64,000 bases of DNA from Elusimicrobiota bacterium. GTDB lineage: Bacteria; CAYTYR01; UBA6262. Each line of letters starts with the position of its first letter. The first letter of the stretch is position 1. The notes beneath the pieces are model-generated. The model was not told the DNA's origin, did not search any database, and saw only the letters and a program-made list of their open reading frames with translations. This document shows positions 47,014-57,276 of the stretch, in pieces. The position numbers and the translations under genes were made by a program. Location: contig PMCA01000027.1 in assembly GCA_003153935.1 (NCBI GenBank), positions 9,405-73,404 of the forward strand, in the 5' to 3' direction.

Positions 47014-50000
47014 TTAAAACTGGATCTGGTTCTCGATGCCTAAGAAGCGCTCCTTTTCATCTATATGCATCTTCAGGTATTTGCTGCCCTTTAGCTGGTA
47101 ATCCATTTCCAGCTGGTGCTTCAATTCCAGCTTATTGGGAATTACGCTTTGCTCCAGAATAGTGTTATACCCGAGAAAAACCCGGTTAGTAAGATATTTT
47201 CCTACTTTAAGCTCTGATCCTTGCCAGATCGAGGTTTGCGGATCGGCTACCGAACGCTGAGCCACTTCGGTCCTGACTTGCACTACATCCACCATTTTAT
47301 CCAGTCCCAGTTTCCGTACGACCGGCCTGATGATCTTGGTATTAAGGGTATTGTCCATGACCTTAAGGAGCTCCCGCACCAGGACTTTGCTCTGGTCTTC
47401 TTTTGCTACGCTGTTCACATCGCTGCCATACATCAATTTGGCGATCACTTTTTCCTGGGGTAACTGCGGGTCGCTGCGGCTGTAAAAGCGCGGCCGCACC
47501 TCTTCCAGTTTGCTTTTGTTCACTTCCAAAACTATGGTATCCGCCGTCACCGCCGCTTCCGCCTGCCCAGCCAGGTAAGCAGTGTTATTATGGAAATCCA
47601 GTTCGGCCTGCCTGATCCGGAAATCCGAACCCAGATACCGCAGCGTGCCCCTTACCGCCACTATTTGTCCGCTGACTTTTATATCTTCTGATGAGCCGGT
47701 AAAGGCCAGCTTACCCTTGATATTAACTTCCGCCAGGTCATTTTCATACCAGGTATTCTCTCCGCTGGTAATGGCCAGGTCCCATTGGGCGCCTGTCCAC
47801 CATCCACCCCCTGACCAATCGGATGTTTTCTTGGGAGGATAGGTGAAATGGGCGTTGGCCAGTTCCAGATCGCCCCCGATGCGATAGCTTTTATACTGAC
47901 CGGCGATTCGCAGAATTCCCTTAACCTCCCCTGTATCGATGAAACCAGGCAGGTTTAACGGCAGGCCGCGGTCGGAAACAGTTTTTACTTCCAGATCTAT
48001 CGTCTCCACACGGCTCCCAGTCAGGGTAAAGTATCCCGTTGCTTGTAAAACGCCCGCCGCAGCCGCCGCGCTAAATTTATCGATGTTGACACGGTTATTT
48101 TCCACGCTTAGCTTCAGCTCCAAATTACTTAATTTTCTTGTTAATAACGCCGGATAGATCTCGCCTTCGTTGATGTTCAGGGACCCGTTAACTACCGGCA
48201 GGTCTGCCGGACCGGTCACCGTGAATCCGGCGGTCATCCTGCCGCTGGCCTTTTTTATCCCGGCGGTCCAGAGCGCCAGCATTTCTGCGGAGCTGTCAGG
48301 TATATTTACGTCCAGGTCGTATTTTCCCTTAGCGCTCAGCGGTATGGCCCCCTTTACATCCAGTTTGTAGCGGTTAGCGCCGGAAAGACTGGCCGATTGG
48401 ATCTGCAGCACTTCGTCCTTCAGCGTGAAGTCGCCCGACAAATCGTCATACCACAACTCTCCTATATACCCCTTATAGGCGTGGAAACTGCCATCCATAT
48501 CCGGGTTTGACCACCGCCCCTGTATATCCAAATTAAAAATGATCTGGCCCGAAACCTCCGTTTTTAACCCTAATAATTCACTGACGGTCGAAGCCGGGAG
48601 TCCCTGGTTCTGTCCGGCCAGGAATAACTGGATCGATCCTGGATACTTGATGCGGCCGTTGGCCTGCAGGACTGTCTTGCCCCGATCCAGCCAGTTAATG
48701 CTTTCCAGGATATATTCGTTTCCACCGGGCATTTTTATCTTACCTGTCAGCCAGGTATCCTTTTTACTAAGCGGCAACAAGTCTATCTCATCCTGGGTCC
48801 AGGCCAGACGGATCTTGTCGCCGCTAAAAAGGTGCTGGTTGACATATAAGCTTTTCAGAGTCAGAGCGCAATCATGTTCATCACCGCGGCAGGATACTTC
48901 CCCGAACAGCAAAATATTATTGAAATTAATATTACGCAATCCCAGGGTAAGATCAAAATTGAGGGTTTGGTCTTCCCGCCAGCCGATCTTGCTGCCCGGA
49001 ACCAGGAATAATTTTCCCTGGCCATTCTCGCTCACCAGGTTGCTGAAGGTGACGGTCCGGTCGGCGAAAGTAAGATCGCCGCTCAGGCCCTTGGACTTGA
49101 ATCCGCGGTAAACAAGATCATTCACCACCAGGTTGCAGGCAGCCCGGGGATCTTGACGAGTCCCGGAGACCTTAATTTCCGCTTGGGCTATCCCTGCTAA
49201 TCCGTCTTGCTTTATTAACTTGCCCAGGTTAGCCAAGCCGGCCTGCTGGATATTGACATGCAGCCACCAGGGAAGGTCCGGGGCAGCGGGTATTTTGCCA
49301 ACCAGGAGATAATCCTCTTTTTCCTGCTTTATTTCCAGGTTGGTCAGATAGAGGATCCGGTCATGCCAGCGCCATTCTCCCGTCAGATCAGAAAAAACGA
49401 ACCCGCGCCACTGTCCGTTCGCCATCGTGATCCGGCCGTCTATTTGCGGCGCGTACAGTGAGCCGCTAAGATCTGCTACTATTTTTAGAGACCCGCCCGC
49501 CGCCGTCAATTCCGGTATATTCCATAAACGTCCGGCCGCGCTGATTCCGGACAGGTTTATACGGGCCGTTCCGCTTATCTGCGGCTGCCGGCCCATGGCG
49601 ATTTTACCTTCCAGTATATATTCGTCGTTAAGATCAGCGTTGAAATTCAGTTCATTATCATGGAGCAGGCAGCTGCTGTATAATACTACCGGCTGGTCAT
49701 TAAGGACCAGATGTTCGCTGGCTATTCTTCCGGTAAAATCAATTTTCCCGTTATATTGCAATTTACCCTTAAGTCCCAGGTGGCCGTTAACTTTAAGCTT
49801 CGCCCACTGGAAATCCTTCATTTCGCTCTGGAGCTCAACCGTATTTTCCTTGCCCTTTTGCAAATCGGCGTTCCAGGAAACTTCCAGGCTTCCCGGCGGA
49901 GCCACAGAGGTAACACTGCCTTGGCAGCCTTTGTTTTCCAGGAAATTAAAAGTAGCTTTGTAGTCGGCGGTATTAAGATCTCCGCGTACCTCGAACTTGC

Positions 50001-51864
50001 CCGGCGCTCCAGCCAGGTGGAAATTTCCTTTTACCGGCATTTTAACCTGGGCGACAGACAGGTCATCGCTGTAGAAAGCCACCTGTAATTCAGGCTTAGC
50101 CAGCGTGCCGTTAAAAGAACCGTTAATAGTAAGACCGCCGGACAGCTTATTTGTTCCAATAAAAGGCGCCAGTTCCTGTGCCGGCAGGTCCTTACCGGCG
50201 ATGGCCAGATTGATTCTTTTATCCGCGCCGGCAGTCAGGGTACCGTGGATATTGAGCTGGCCCTGGTTAGCGAACATTACCAGTAACTTGTTCAAAACGA
50301 TCTGCTGTGGCTTAAGTTCCAGCACCCCGTTGAAACTGGCCGCCGGTTCCGCCCTCCGGCCCGAAAATATAAGCTGCTTTTTTTGCGTCCGGAAATCGGC
50401 GCTAAAGTCCCCGCAGGGACGTTCATGGTAGAGTACTCCCCGCAGGGTAGCCACGCCGGCTCCCTGCAGATCCGGCCAAGTACCCCGGCCGGAAAATCTA
50501 AGGTAGCCTTTTCCTGACCAGCCGTATTGGTTAAGAACGGCCAAAGAAAAATGTTCCCAATTCATGTCCGCAGCCAGTATCTCAGGCGGCGCATTATCCC
50601 GTATGGCTATCATGCCGGTAGCCGCCAGCGGTCCTTGCGCCAGTTGCAGGGTCAGATTCTGTATGGTCAATACTCTGTCCTGCCAGGCCGCAGCCATTTG
50701 CAATTGCTTGAAAGGCCAGCCGGCGATCTCTCCTTGAGCGGCGTCAAGAGTCGTGTCGATCTTAAACTTTCCCGGCAGGCCAGACAGCATGACCGCTATC
50801 TGCCCGGTACCTTTCAATTGCCAGCCGGACCGGTATTTTTCTCCGGCCAGGGACAGGACATCACCCAGGTTAAAGTCCGCTGATTTGATGTCGATATGGA
50901 AATCCGGAGCAGGTCCCCGATAGGAGTCGATAGTGCCGGTAAGGGTATAAGTAGAAGACCACAGGCTGAAGTTCAGGTCCTGAAAATTTATTTTTTCGCT
51001 ATTAAAATCGAGAGTAGCGCGGTTTACAGTCAGGGGAGAAGATATTTGGTCCAGGTGAATAACAGCCCCGGCGGAACGCGCTGTGCCCGTATAAGAGAAG
51101 GCAGCCGGAGCGCGCAGGTTGTAATGCAGGTCCAAGTGGGTGTCGATCTCCCCGGCGGTAACCGTCCACCCAGTTTGACCCAGCCACTTGGCCAATGGCT
51201 GCAGGTTCACTTTAGTCAGATCAGCGGCCAGTTCGACCTGGGCCCGCCCCGGGTCATAATTTCCCGAGAGCACCCAATGATCTTTCCTGCTCAGGTTAGA
51301 GGCGAAGCGCAGGCGGAAACTGTACCAGCCGTTGTCGGCCGGGGTCACCAGGCCGTTAATTTTCCTGAACTGGACCTCGCCAACCCGGCCCGTGTCTTCT
51401 ATGATAATGACGGTACCGTTCTTTACGGTCAACCGGCCGGTAAAACCTTTCCCGTCATGCGCCGGGATATTTACCAACCCCGCCAGGTCCCAGCGGCCTT
51501 TTTGGCAAGTACCTGTCACGACCGGATCAACCAGGACTATTTCCTTCAGGCTGGAGTCAAAATCCCGGGAAAGCAACAATTTCCACCAGCTGAAGCGCAG
51601 GGCGATTTTTTTTACTTCTGCCACCGGCGCCGCTCCGCGAGTACCCGTTAATTTCAAATCGTTAATATTTATCGCGTTAATAAAATTAGCGCTGACGGAG
51701 CCAACGGTCACTTCGGCGTTGAACAATTTGCGAATTTGGGTTAGGACCGGCTTCTGTACTTCTTTGAGCAAAAGGCCGGAGAACCAATAATTAACGGTTA
51801 TCAGGCCCAGGGCTAAAAAAATACATGCTGTTATCAGCACAGTAAATTTCTTGGAACGACTCAT
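47014..51864 (-). CDS. tamB: TamB-like translocation and assembly module protein (AsmA/DUF490 family), 1616 aa
   Basis: N-terminal signal-anchor FTVLITACIFLALGLITV; very long beta-rich periplasmic body; C-terminal DUF490-like region. Start is the ATG at 51864 with RBS GAAGGATAAG (the track's TTG at 51876 is 4 codons upstream). It lies directly upstream of bamA. Confidence 0.75.
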   Translation of the reverse strand: MSRSKKFTVLITACIFLALGLITVNYWFSGLLLKEVQKPVLTQIRKLFNAEVTVGSVSANFINAININDLKLTGTRGAAPVAEVKKIALRFSWWKLLLSRDFDSSLKEIVLVDPVVTGTCQKGRWDLAGLVNIPAHDGKGFTGRLTVKNGTVIIIEDTGRVGEVQFRKINGLVTPADNGWYSFRLRFASNLSRKDHWVLSGNYDPGRAQVELAADLTKVNLQPLAKWLGQTGWTVTAGEIDTHLDLHYNLRAPAAFSYTGTARSAGAVIHLDQISSPLTVNRATLDFNSEKINFQDLNFSLWSSTYTLTGTIDSYRGPAPDFHIDIKSADFNLGDVLSLAGEKYRSGWQLKGTGQIAVMLSGLPGKFKIDTTLDAAQGEIAGWPFKQLQMAAAWQDRVLTIQNLTLQLAQGPLAATGMIAIRDNAPPEILAADMNWEHFSLAVLNQYGWSGKGYLRFSGRGTWPDLQGAGVATLRGVLYHERPCGDFSADFRTQKKQLIFSGRRAEPAASFNGVLELKPQQIVLNKLLVMFANQGQLNIHGTLTAGADKRINLAIAGKDLPAQELAPFIGTNKLSGGLTINGSFNGTLAKPELQVAFYSDDLSVAQVKMPVKGNFHLAGAPGKFEVRGDLNTADYKATFNFLENKGCQGSVTSVAPPGSLEVSWNADLQKGKENTVELQSEMKDFQWAKLKVNGHLGLKGKLQYNGKIDFTGRIASEHLVLNDQPVVLYSSCLLHDNELNFNADLNDEYILEGKIAMGRQPQISGTARINLSGISAAGRLWNIPELTAAGGSLKIVADLSGSLYAPQIDGRITMANGQWRGFVFSDLTGEWRWHDRILYLTNLEIKQEKEDYLLVGKIPAAPDLPWWLHVNIQQAGLANLGKLIKQDGLAGIAQAEIKVSGTRQDPRAACNLVVNDLVYRGFKSKGLSGDLTFADRTVTFSNLVSENGQGKLFLVPGSKIGWREDQTLNFDLTLGLRNINFNNILLFGEVSCRGDEHDCALTLKSLYVNQHLFSGDKIRLAWTQDEIDLLPLSKKDTWLTGKIKMPGGNEYILESINWLDRGKTVLQANGRIKYPGSIQLFLAGQNQGLPASTVSELLGLKTEVSGQIIFNLDIQGRWSNPDMDGSFHAYKGYIGELWYDDLSGDFTLKDEVLQIQSASLSGANRYKLDVKGAIPLSAKGKYDLDVNIPDSSAEMLALWTAGIKKASGRMTAGFTVTGPADLPVVNGSLNINEGEIYPALLTRKLSNLELKLSVENNRVNIDKFSAAAAAGVLQATGYFTLTGSRVETIDLEVKTVSDRGLPLNLPGFIDTGEVKGILRIAGQYKSYRIGGDLELANAHFTYPPKKTSDWSGGGWWTGAQWDLAITSGENTWYENDLAEVNIKGKLAFTGSSEDIKVSGQIVAVRGTLRYLGSDFRIRQAELDFHNNTAYLAGQAEAAVTADTIVLEVNKSKLEEVRPRFYSRSDPQLPQEKVIAKLMYGSDVNSVAKEDQSKVLVRELLKVMDNTLNTKIIRPVVRKLGLDKMVDVVQVRTEVAQRSVADPQTSIWQGSELKVGKYLTNRVFLGYNTILEQSVIPNKLELKHQLEMDYQLKGSKYLKMHIDEKERFLGIENQIQF

Positions 51865-51880
51865 CTTATCCTTCAAAATA

Positions 51881-51905
51881 GAGGCCCCGCGACAGCGGGG
51901 CGCCT
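51881..51905 (-). terminator. Rho-independent terminator downstream of clpC
   Basis: Minus strand reads GGCGCCCCGCugucGCGGGGCC followed by UCUAUUUU. Confidence 0.5.
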
Positions 51906-51921
51906 ATTCATTTAACGGAAA

Positions 51922-54396
51922 TTAAGTAGAAGATATACCGGCTAACTGTTTGAAGACGACCTTCTCGCCAGCCAGGGAGATCATGATCGGCTTGGTCGGT
52001 TCGATGGTTTTTGAGAGTAGTTCTTCGGCCAGGGGATCTTCCAGGTATTTCTGGATAGCCCGGCGCAGAGGGCGCGCCCCGAACTTCGGGTCAAACCCTT
52101 TTTCCACCAGGAATTCTTTAACAGTTTTATCGATCTTCAGCTCTATATTCTGGTCGCGCATGCGTTCCGCCACTTTGTTCAGCATCAATTCCACTATCTG
52201 CCGCATCTCATCCCTGCCCAGCGACTGGAATACAATCACTTCATCGATACGATTGAGGAATTCAGGATTGAAAACCTTCTTGACTTCCTCCAGCACCGTG
52301 TCTTTCATTTCCTGGTAAGTTTTGACGCTGTCTTCGGTCCCTTTGAAGCCCATCGTTTTACCTTTTTCAATGAGCCTGGCGCCAATATTGGAAGTCATGA
52401 TGATAATTGTGTTCTTGAAATTAACCGTGTGTCCCAGGTTATCGGTAAGCTTGCCCTCATCCAGGACCTGCAACATGATATTGAATACGTCCGGATGCGC
52501 TTTTTCGATCTCATCCAGCAACACCACTGAATAAGGTTTCCGGCGTACCTGCTCGGTCAGCTGGCCGCCTTCTTCATAACCGACATATCCCGGAGGGGCG
52601 CCGATCAGGCGGGAAACGGCAAATTTTTCCATGAATTCGCTCATGTCCACCCGGATCACCGCTTCCTCGTTGCCAAACAAAAAGTCGGCCAGGGTGCGGG
52701 CCAGTTCGGTCTTTCCTACCCCGGTGGGCCCCAGGAAAATAAAGGAACCGGTTGGCCGGCGCGGGTCTTTCAAGCCGGTACGCGAACGGCGCACCGCTTG
52801 CGAGATGATCTGGATCGCCTCGTCCTGTCCGATCACGCGCCGGTGCAGGTCCTGCTCCATATGCACCAGCTTGGACTGTTCTTTTTCCGTGATCTTCAAG
52901 GTCGGGATCCCGGTCATTTTGGAAACTATATAAGCTATATCCTGTTCGCCGACTTCCGCGTCTTTTTTATTGCGCTTAACCGCCCAGTCTTTTTTAGTTT
53001 TATCCAGTTTGCCTTTTAATTCTTTCTCCCGGTCGCGCAGCTTGGCGGCGAATTCAAAGTCCTGCCGTCCGGTAGCGTCCTTCTTTTCTTTTTCCAGCAG
53101 TTCGATCTGTTCTTCGATCGATTTCAGATCCGGCGGGACCATGGTCGCCTGCAGGCGCACCCGCGACGCCGCTTCATCCATCAGGTCGATCGCTTTATCC
53201 GGCTGGAACCGGTCGGTAATGTAACGGTCGGATAATTCCGCCGCCGCATCAACGGCTTCATCGGTTATTTTCACGTGATGATGGGCCTCATACCGGTCGC
53301 GCAGGCCCCGCAAGATCTCCTTGGTTTCCTCCACTGAAGGCGGTTCCACCACGATCGGCTGGAACCGGCGCTCCAGCGCCGCGTCATGCTCTATATATTT
53401 GCGGTATTCGTCAAAGGTAGTAGCGCCTACGCACTGCAACTCGCCGCGGCTCAAAGCCGGTTTCAGGATATTGGAAGCATCGATCGCCCCCTCGGCGGCG
53501 CCGGCACCGACCACGGTATGCAATTCGTCGATAAATAGAATTATGGAGTTCTTGGCCCGGCGGATCTCCTCCATGATAGTCTTCAGGCGTTGTTCGAACT
53601 CGCCGCGATATTTAGTGCCGGCGATCATGCCCGCCAGGTCCAGGGTCAGGACCCGTTTATTAAGCAGGGCCTCCGGTACGTTATTGTTGATGATCTGCTC
53701 TGCCAGTCCTTCGACAATGGCGGTCTTTCCCACGCCGGGTTCGCCGATCAGCGCAGGATTGTTCTTGGTCCGCCGCGATAATATCTGGATGACCCTTTCG
53801 ATCTCGCCGCGGCGCCCGATTACCGGGTCCAGCTTCCCCTCTTTAGCCAGCACCGTCAGGTCGCGGCAAAAGGAATCAAGGGTTGGGGTAGTCGATTTGT
53901 TTTTATAGCGCGGCGTCGTAGTTACCTCTTCTTTTTCGCTATTGGTTTCCCGGATATCCTGGTCGCTCAGGACATTAATAATTTCTTCCCTGACCCGTTC
54001 CAGGTTGATACCCAGCGAGGTCAGTACCTTAGCGGCCACCCCTTGTCCTTCGCGCAGCAGGCCCAGCAGTATGTGCTCGGTGCCGACGTAGGCATGGCCC
54101 ATGGTTTGCGCTTCTTCCACCGCCAGTTCCAAAACCTTCTTGGCCCGGGGCGTAAAAGGAACTTCCCCGATCAACAGGGTATTAGTGCCGCTGCCCACCA
54201 CTTTCTCTATTTCTTTCTGGACTTTTTTCAGATCCAGGTCCAGATTGGCCAGCACCAGCGAGGCCACCCCTTCATCCAGGATGACCAGGCCCAACAGCAG
54301 GTGTTCCGTGCCCAGATAATCGTGGCCCAGACGTTTTACCTCGTTCTGTGCCTGGATTATCGCGCGCTGCGCCCTTTCCGTGAAACGATTAAACAT
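51922..54396 (-). CDS. clpC: ATP-dependent Clp protease ATP-binding subunit ClpC
   Basis: 824 aa; two Clp_N repeats ([15 protein letters not shown]..., [16 protein letters not shown]); two AAA+ modules ([15 protein letters not shown]; [15 protein letters not shown]); UVR-like middle domain. Confidence 0.9.
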   Translation of the reverse strand: MFNRFTERAQRAIIQAQNEVKRLGHDYLGTEHLLLGLVILDEGVASLVLANLDLDLKKVQKEIEKVVGSGTNTLLIGEVPFTPRAKKVLELAVEEAQTMGHAYVGTEHILLGLLREGQGVAAKVLTSLGINLERVREEIINVLSDQDIRETNSEKEEVTTTPRYKNKSTTPTLDSFCRDLTVLAKEGKLDPVIGRRGEIERVIQILSRRTKNNPALIGEPGVGKTAIVEGLAEQIINNNVPEALLNKRVLTLDLAGMIAGTKYRGEFEQRLKTIMEEIRRAKNSIILFIDELHTVVGAGAAEGAIDASNILKPALSRGELQCVGATTFDEYRKYIEHDAALERRFQPIVVEPPSVEETKEILRGLRDRYEAHHHVKITDEAVDAAAELSDRYITDRFQPDKAIDLMDEAASRVRLQATMVPPDLKSIEEQIELLEKEKKDATGRQDFEFAAKLRDREKELKGKLDKTKKDWAVKRNKKDAEVGEQDIAYIVSKMTGIPTLKITEKEQSKLVHMEQDLHRRVIGQDEAIQIISQAVRRSRTGLKDPRRPTGSFIFLGPTGVGKTELARTLADFLFGNEEAVIRVDMSEFMEKFAVSRLIGAPPGYVGYEEGGQLTEQVRRKPYSVVLLDEIEKAHPDVFNIMLQVLDEGKLTDNLGHTVNFKNTIIIMTSNIGARLIEKGKTMGFKGTEDSVKTYQEMKDTVLEEVKKVFNPEFLNRIDEVIVFQSLGRDEMRQIVELMLNKVAERMRDQNIELKIDKTVKEFLVEKGFDPKFGARPLRRAIQKYLEDPLAEELLSKTIEPTKPIMISLAGEKVVFKQLAGISST

Positions 54397-54412
54397 ATTT
54401 TTTTACTCCTTG

Positions 54413-55288
54413 TTAATATATTTCCGTTCCTTCATTAGCGGTTAATTTTTTAAATTCCGCTATTAATTTCAGCGTGGTTTTGCCCGGATGGCCGTTGCCG
54501 ATCACGCGGCCGTCTATCCGCACCACCGGCACCACCTCCGCGGCCGTTCCGGTCAGGAAACATTCCTCAGCTGTAAACAGGTCGTAGCGGGTGAAAACTT
54601 CTTCCTGGCAAACTATCTTGTTCCTGGTCGCCAGCTCCATGACCGCCTTCCGGGTAACTCCCTCCAGCGCTCCCAGGTAGGTCGGCGGCGTCTTCAATAT
54701 CTTATCCTTAAGAATGAAAATATTGTCGCCGGTGCATTCCGCCACATAACCGTCCTTGGTTAACATGATGGCTTCAGGCGCGTTCTGCAGCGTAGCTTCC
54801 ATTTTTCCCAGGATGCTGTTCAGGTAATTCAATGATTTTATCCTGGGGCTCAAGGCCTCCGGTATGTTCTTCCGGGTGGACGCGGTAACGATCGTCAGGC
54901 CCAGGCGGTAGAATTCCTCCGGATACAGCGAGATCTTGCCGGCGATGCAAAAAACCGTCGGTTTGGGACATTTGCGCGGATCCAATCCCAGGTCCCCGAC
55001 CCCGCGGGTGACCACCAGGCGGATGTATCCGTCCCGCAGTTTATTAGCACGCAAAGTTTTCAGAACAACCTGCTCCATTTCCTCCGCCGGGAAGGGAATA
55101 CAAAGGTTTATGGCTTTAGCTGAATTATACAGCCGGTCAAGGTGTTCCGCTAAACGAAAAACTTTACCGTTGTAAGCGCGGATGCCTTCGAACACCCCGT
55201 CGCCGTACAATAAGCCATGGTCAAAAACGCTGATCTTCGCGTCTTCCTTATTCACTAATTTCCCGTCCAAATAAATTTTTAATCCCAT
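54413..55288 (-). CDS. ilvE: Branched-chain amino acid aminotransferase (class IV PLP fold)
   Basis: 291 aa; VFDHGLLYGDGVFEGIRAYNG is a BCAT signature. Confidence 0.8.
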   Translation of the reverse strand: MGLKIYLDGKLVNKEDAKISVFDHGLLYGDGVFEGIRAYNGKVFRLAEHLDRLYNSAKAINLCIPFPAEEMEQVVLKTLRANKLRDGYIRLVVTRGVGDLGLDPRKCPKPTVFCIAGKISLYPEEFYRLGLTIVTASTRKNIPEALSPRIKSLNYLNSILGKMEATLQNAPEAIMLTKDGYVAECTGDNIFILKDKILKTPPTYLGALEGVTRKAVMELATRNKIVCQEEVFTRYDLFTAEECFLTGTAAEVVPVVRIDGRVIGNGHPGKTTLKLIAEFKKLTANEGTEIY

Positions 55289-55298
55289 TTTAATCTCC

Positions 55299-56036
55299 TT
55301 AAGATACTGTCCTGCCGTCTTTTAATTTTATTACACGTTGCGCCTTTTTGGCGTACTCATCGTTATGGGTCACCATTATGACTGTTTTGCCTTCTACCTC
55401 ATGGATCCGCTGCAACAGCCGCATGATCTCCAGACTGGCCTTGTAATCCAGGTTACCCGTAGGCTCATCGGCCAGGATCACGTCGGGATTAGCGATGATT
55501 GCGCGGGCTATAGCTACCCGCTGCTGCTCCCCACCGGAAAGCTGCGAGGGAAAATGCTGGCTGCGTTCCCGTAAATTAACTTTGTCCAGGATCTCTTCCG
55601 CCTGTACGCGAAAACTATCGCCCAGGTTCAAAGTGCTTTCCCTGATGAAGAATGGCATCAAAACATTCTCCAGCACGGTAAATTCCGGCAGCAAATGATA
55701 GAATTGGAAGATGAACCCTATCTTTTGGTCCCGCAAGAGCGCCAGCTTACCTTCATTTAGCGTCGCCGCATCGGTATCTTCAAAAATAACCTGTCCGGTG
55801 GTGGGCAGGTCCAGCAAGCCCAGTAAATGAAGCAGCGTGCTTTTACCGGCGCCGCTGGGGCCGATGATGGCGGTAAACTCGCCGCGACGGAACTCCAGGT
55901 CCAGTCCCTTCAGCACTCTTAACTCCTGCTCATCCTGGTAATAACTTTTAACCAGGTTGGCGGCGCGGATCACGACCGGACTATCCGGTGTGACTATGGT
56001 CGTTTCTATATTCTCAAAACTTAGCTGATCATTCAT
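55299..56036 (-). CDS. lolD: ABC transporter ATP-binding protein, LolD-like (lipoprotein release)
   Basis: 245 aa; Walker [10 protein letters not shown], signature [14 protein letters not shown]; it directly follows a LolC/E-type permease. Confidence 0.75.
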   Translation of the reverse strand: MNDQLSFENIETTIVTPDSPVVIRAANLVKSYYQDEQELRVLKGLDLEFRRGEFTAIIGPSGAGKSTLLHLLGLLDLPTTGQVIFEDTDAATLNEGKLALLRDQKIGFIFQFYHLLPEFTVLENVLMPFFIRESTLNLGDSFRVQAEEILDKVNLRERSQHFPSQLSGGEQQRVAIARAIIANPDVILADEPTGNLDYKASLEIMRLLQRIHEVEGKTVIMVTHNDEYAKKAQRVIKLKDGRTVS

Positions 56037-57276
56037 ATCTTATCGCCTCTACAGGATTTAGCCGTGATGCCTTGTATGACGGATAGACTGTCGCCAGAAA
56101 ACTGATCGCCAGCGCCGCGATAGCTATTATCAGGCCATCGCTTAATTGCATTTTTACCGGCAGGTAACTCAAATAATACACGTCACCGGGTAATTTAATT
56201 ATCTTATAGGCCGCCTGCAGGTAGCACAAAATGGAACCGATAATGGTTCCCGCCACCAGGCCGATCGCGCCGATGATCAAACCTTCGTAGATAAATATGT
56301 TCATGATACTGCGGCGGGTGGCGCCAATGGCCCGCAGGATACCGATGGAACGGGTCTTCTGGATCGTAATTATCATCAAAGTGCCGACGATGTTGAAACA
56401 GGCCACCAGCACGATCAGGGTCAGGATAACGAACATGGTAATTTTTTCCAGTTTCAGTGCGCTGAACAGGTTACGGTTCATCTGTACCCAGCTGCGCACC
56501 CAGAACGACGGCCCGAGCGCGGTCTGTAATTTGCCGGCGATCGCTTCGGCCTGCAGGGAATCCTTGGTTTTGACCTCTATTCCGCTAACCTTATTCTTCA
56601 CGCCGAAAATATTCTGGGCGGTTTCCAGCGGTATATAGGCCAGGTTGCTGTCGTATTCGAAATGTCCCGAGTCAAAAATCCCCGCCACCTTGAATTTCCG
56701 CATCAGCGGGATTATGCCTACGCCGCTGGACACGGACTGGGAAGAGATCAACAGCAGGTCTTCATTCAGCCCTACCCCCAGCGTGCGCGCCAGGTCTCGG
56801 CCTATCACTATGCCTTCCACCACCGGACCCTTGGCGTTTTTCTTGATTTTCCTGGGGTTCAGGCCGTCCAGATTGCCGGAGACCAGGTAGACCGAAATGT
56901 CGGTCACCTTTGTTAACTGTGCCGGTAACACCCCTTTTATAAAAACTCCGGTCCCGTTCTGTTGCGATTTCAAAATGGCCTGCCCGTAAACCACGGGGCT
57001 GGTGCCGGTAACTTCCTTGTTTTCTTCGATCTTTTTGGCCACCTGCTGATAATTGCCGAAACCGCTGGACTCCTGGCTGGTCACGACCAGATGGGCGCTC
57101 ATGCCCAGGATCTTGGCGCGCAGGTCATTCTGCATGCCATTCATCACCGACAGCGTGATAATAAGAGCAGCTACGCCTACCGCCACCCCCGCTATCGAGA
57201 TCAGGCTTATTAGTGACAGGAAGGTTTGTCCCTTCCTGAATTTCAAGTATCTCAGGGCCACGCCCAGTTCAAACAT
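56029..57276 (-). CDS. lolC: Lipoprotein-releasing system permease LolC/LolE (FtsX-like)
   Basis: 415 aa; 4-TM MacB/FtsX topology with a large periplasmic loop; LRYLKFRKGQTFLSLISLISIAGVAVGVAAL N-terminus. Confidence 0.75.
   Translation of the reverse strand: MFELGVALRYLKFRKGQTFLSLISLISIAGVAVGVAALIITLSVMNGMQNDLRAKILGMSAHLVVTSQESSGFGNYQQVAKKIEENKEVTGTSPVVYGQAILKSQQNGTGVFIKGVLPAQLTKVTDISVYLVSGNLDGLNPRKIKKNAKGPVVEGIVIGRDLARTLGVGLNEDLLLISSQSVSSGVGIIPLMRKFKVAGIFDSGHFEYDSNLAYIPLETAQNIFGVKNKVSGIEVKTKDSLQAEAIAGKLQTALGPSFWVRSWVQMNRNLFSALKLEKITMFVILTLIVLVACFNIVGTLMIITIQKTRSIGILRAIGATRRSIMNIFIYEGLIIGAIGLVAGTIIGSILCYLQAAYKIIKLPGDVYYLSYLPVKMQLSDGLIIAIAALAISFLATVYPSYKASRLNPVEAIRYE

Noticed and set aside
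47014-51876. TTG start at 51876 for the second tamB
   Set aside because: An in-frame ATG at 51864 with a better-spaced RBS (GAAGGATAAG) is 4 codons downstream. The TTG lies inside the U-tract of the clpC terminator.
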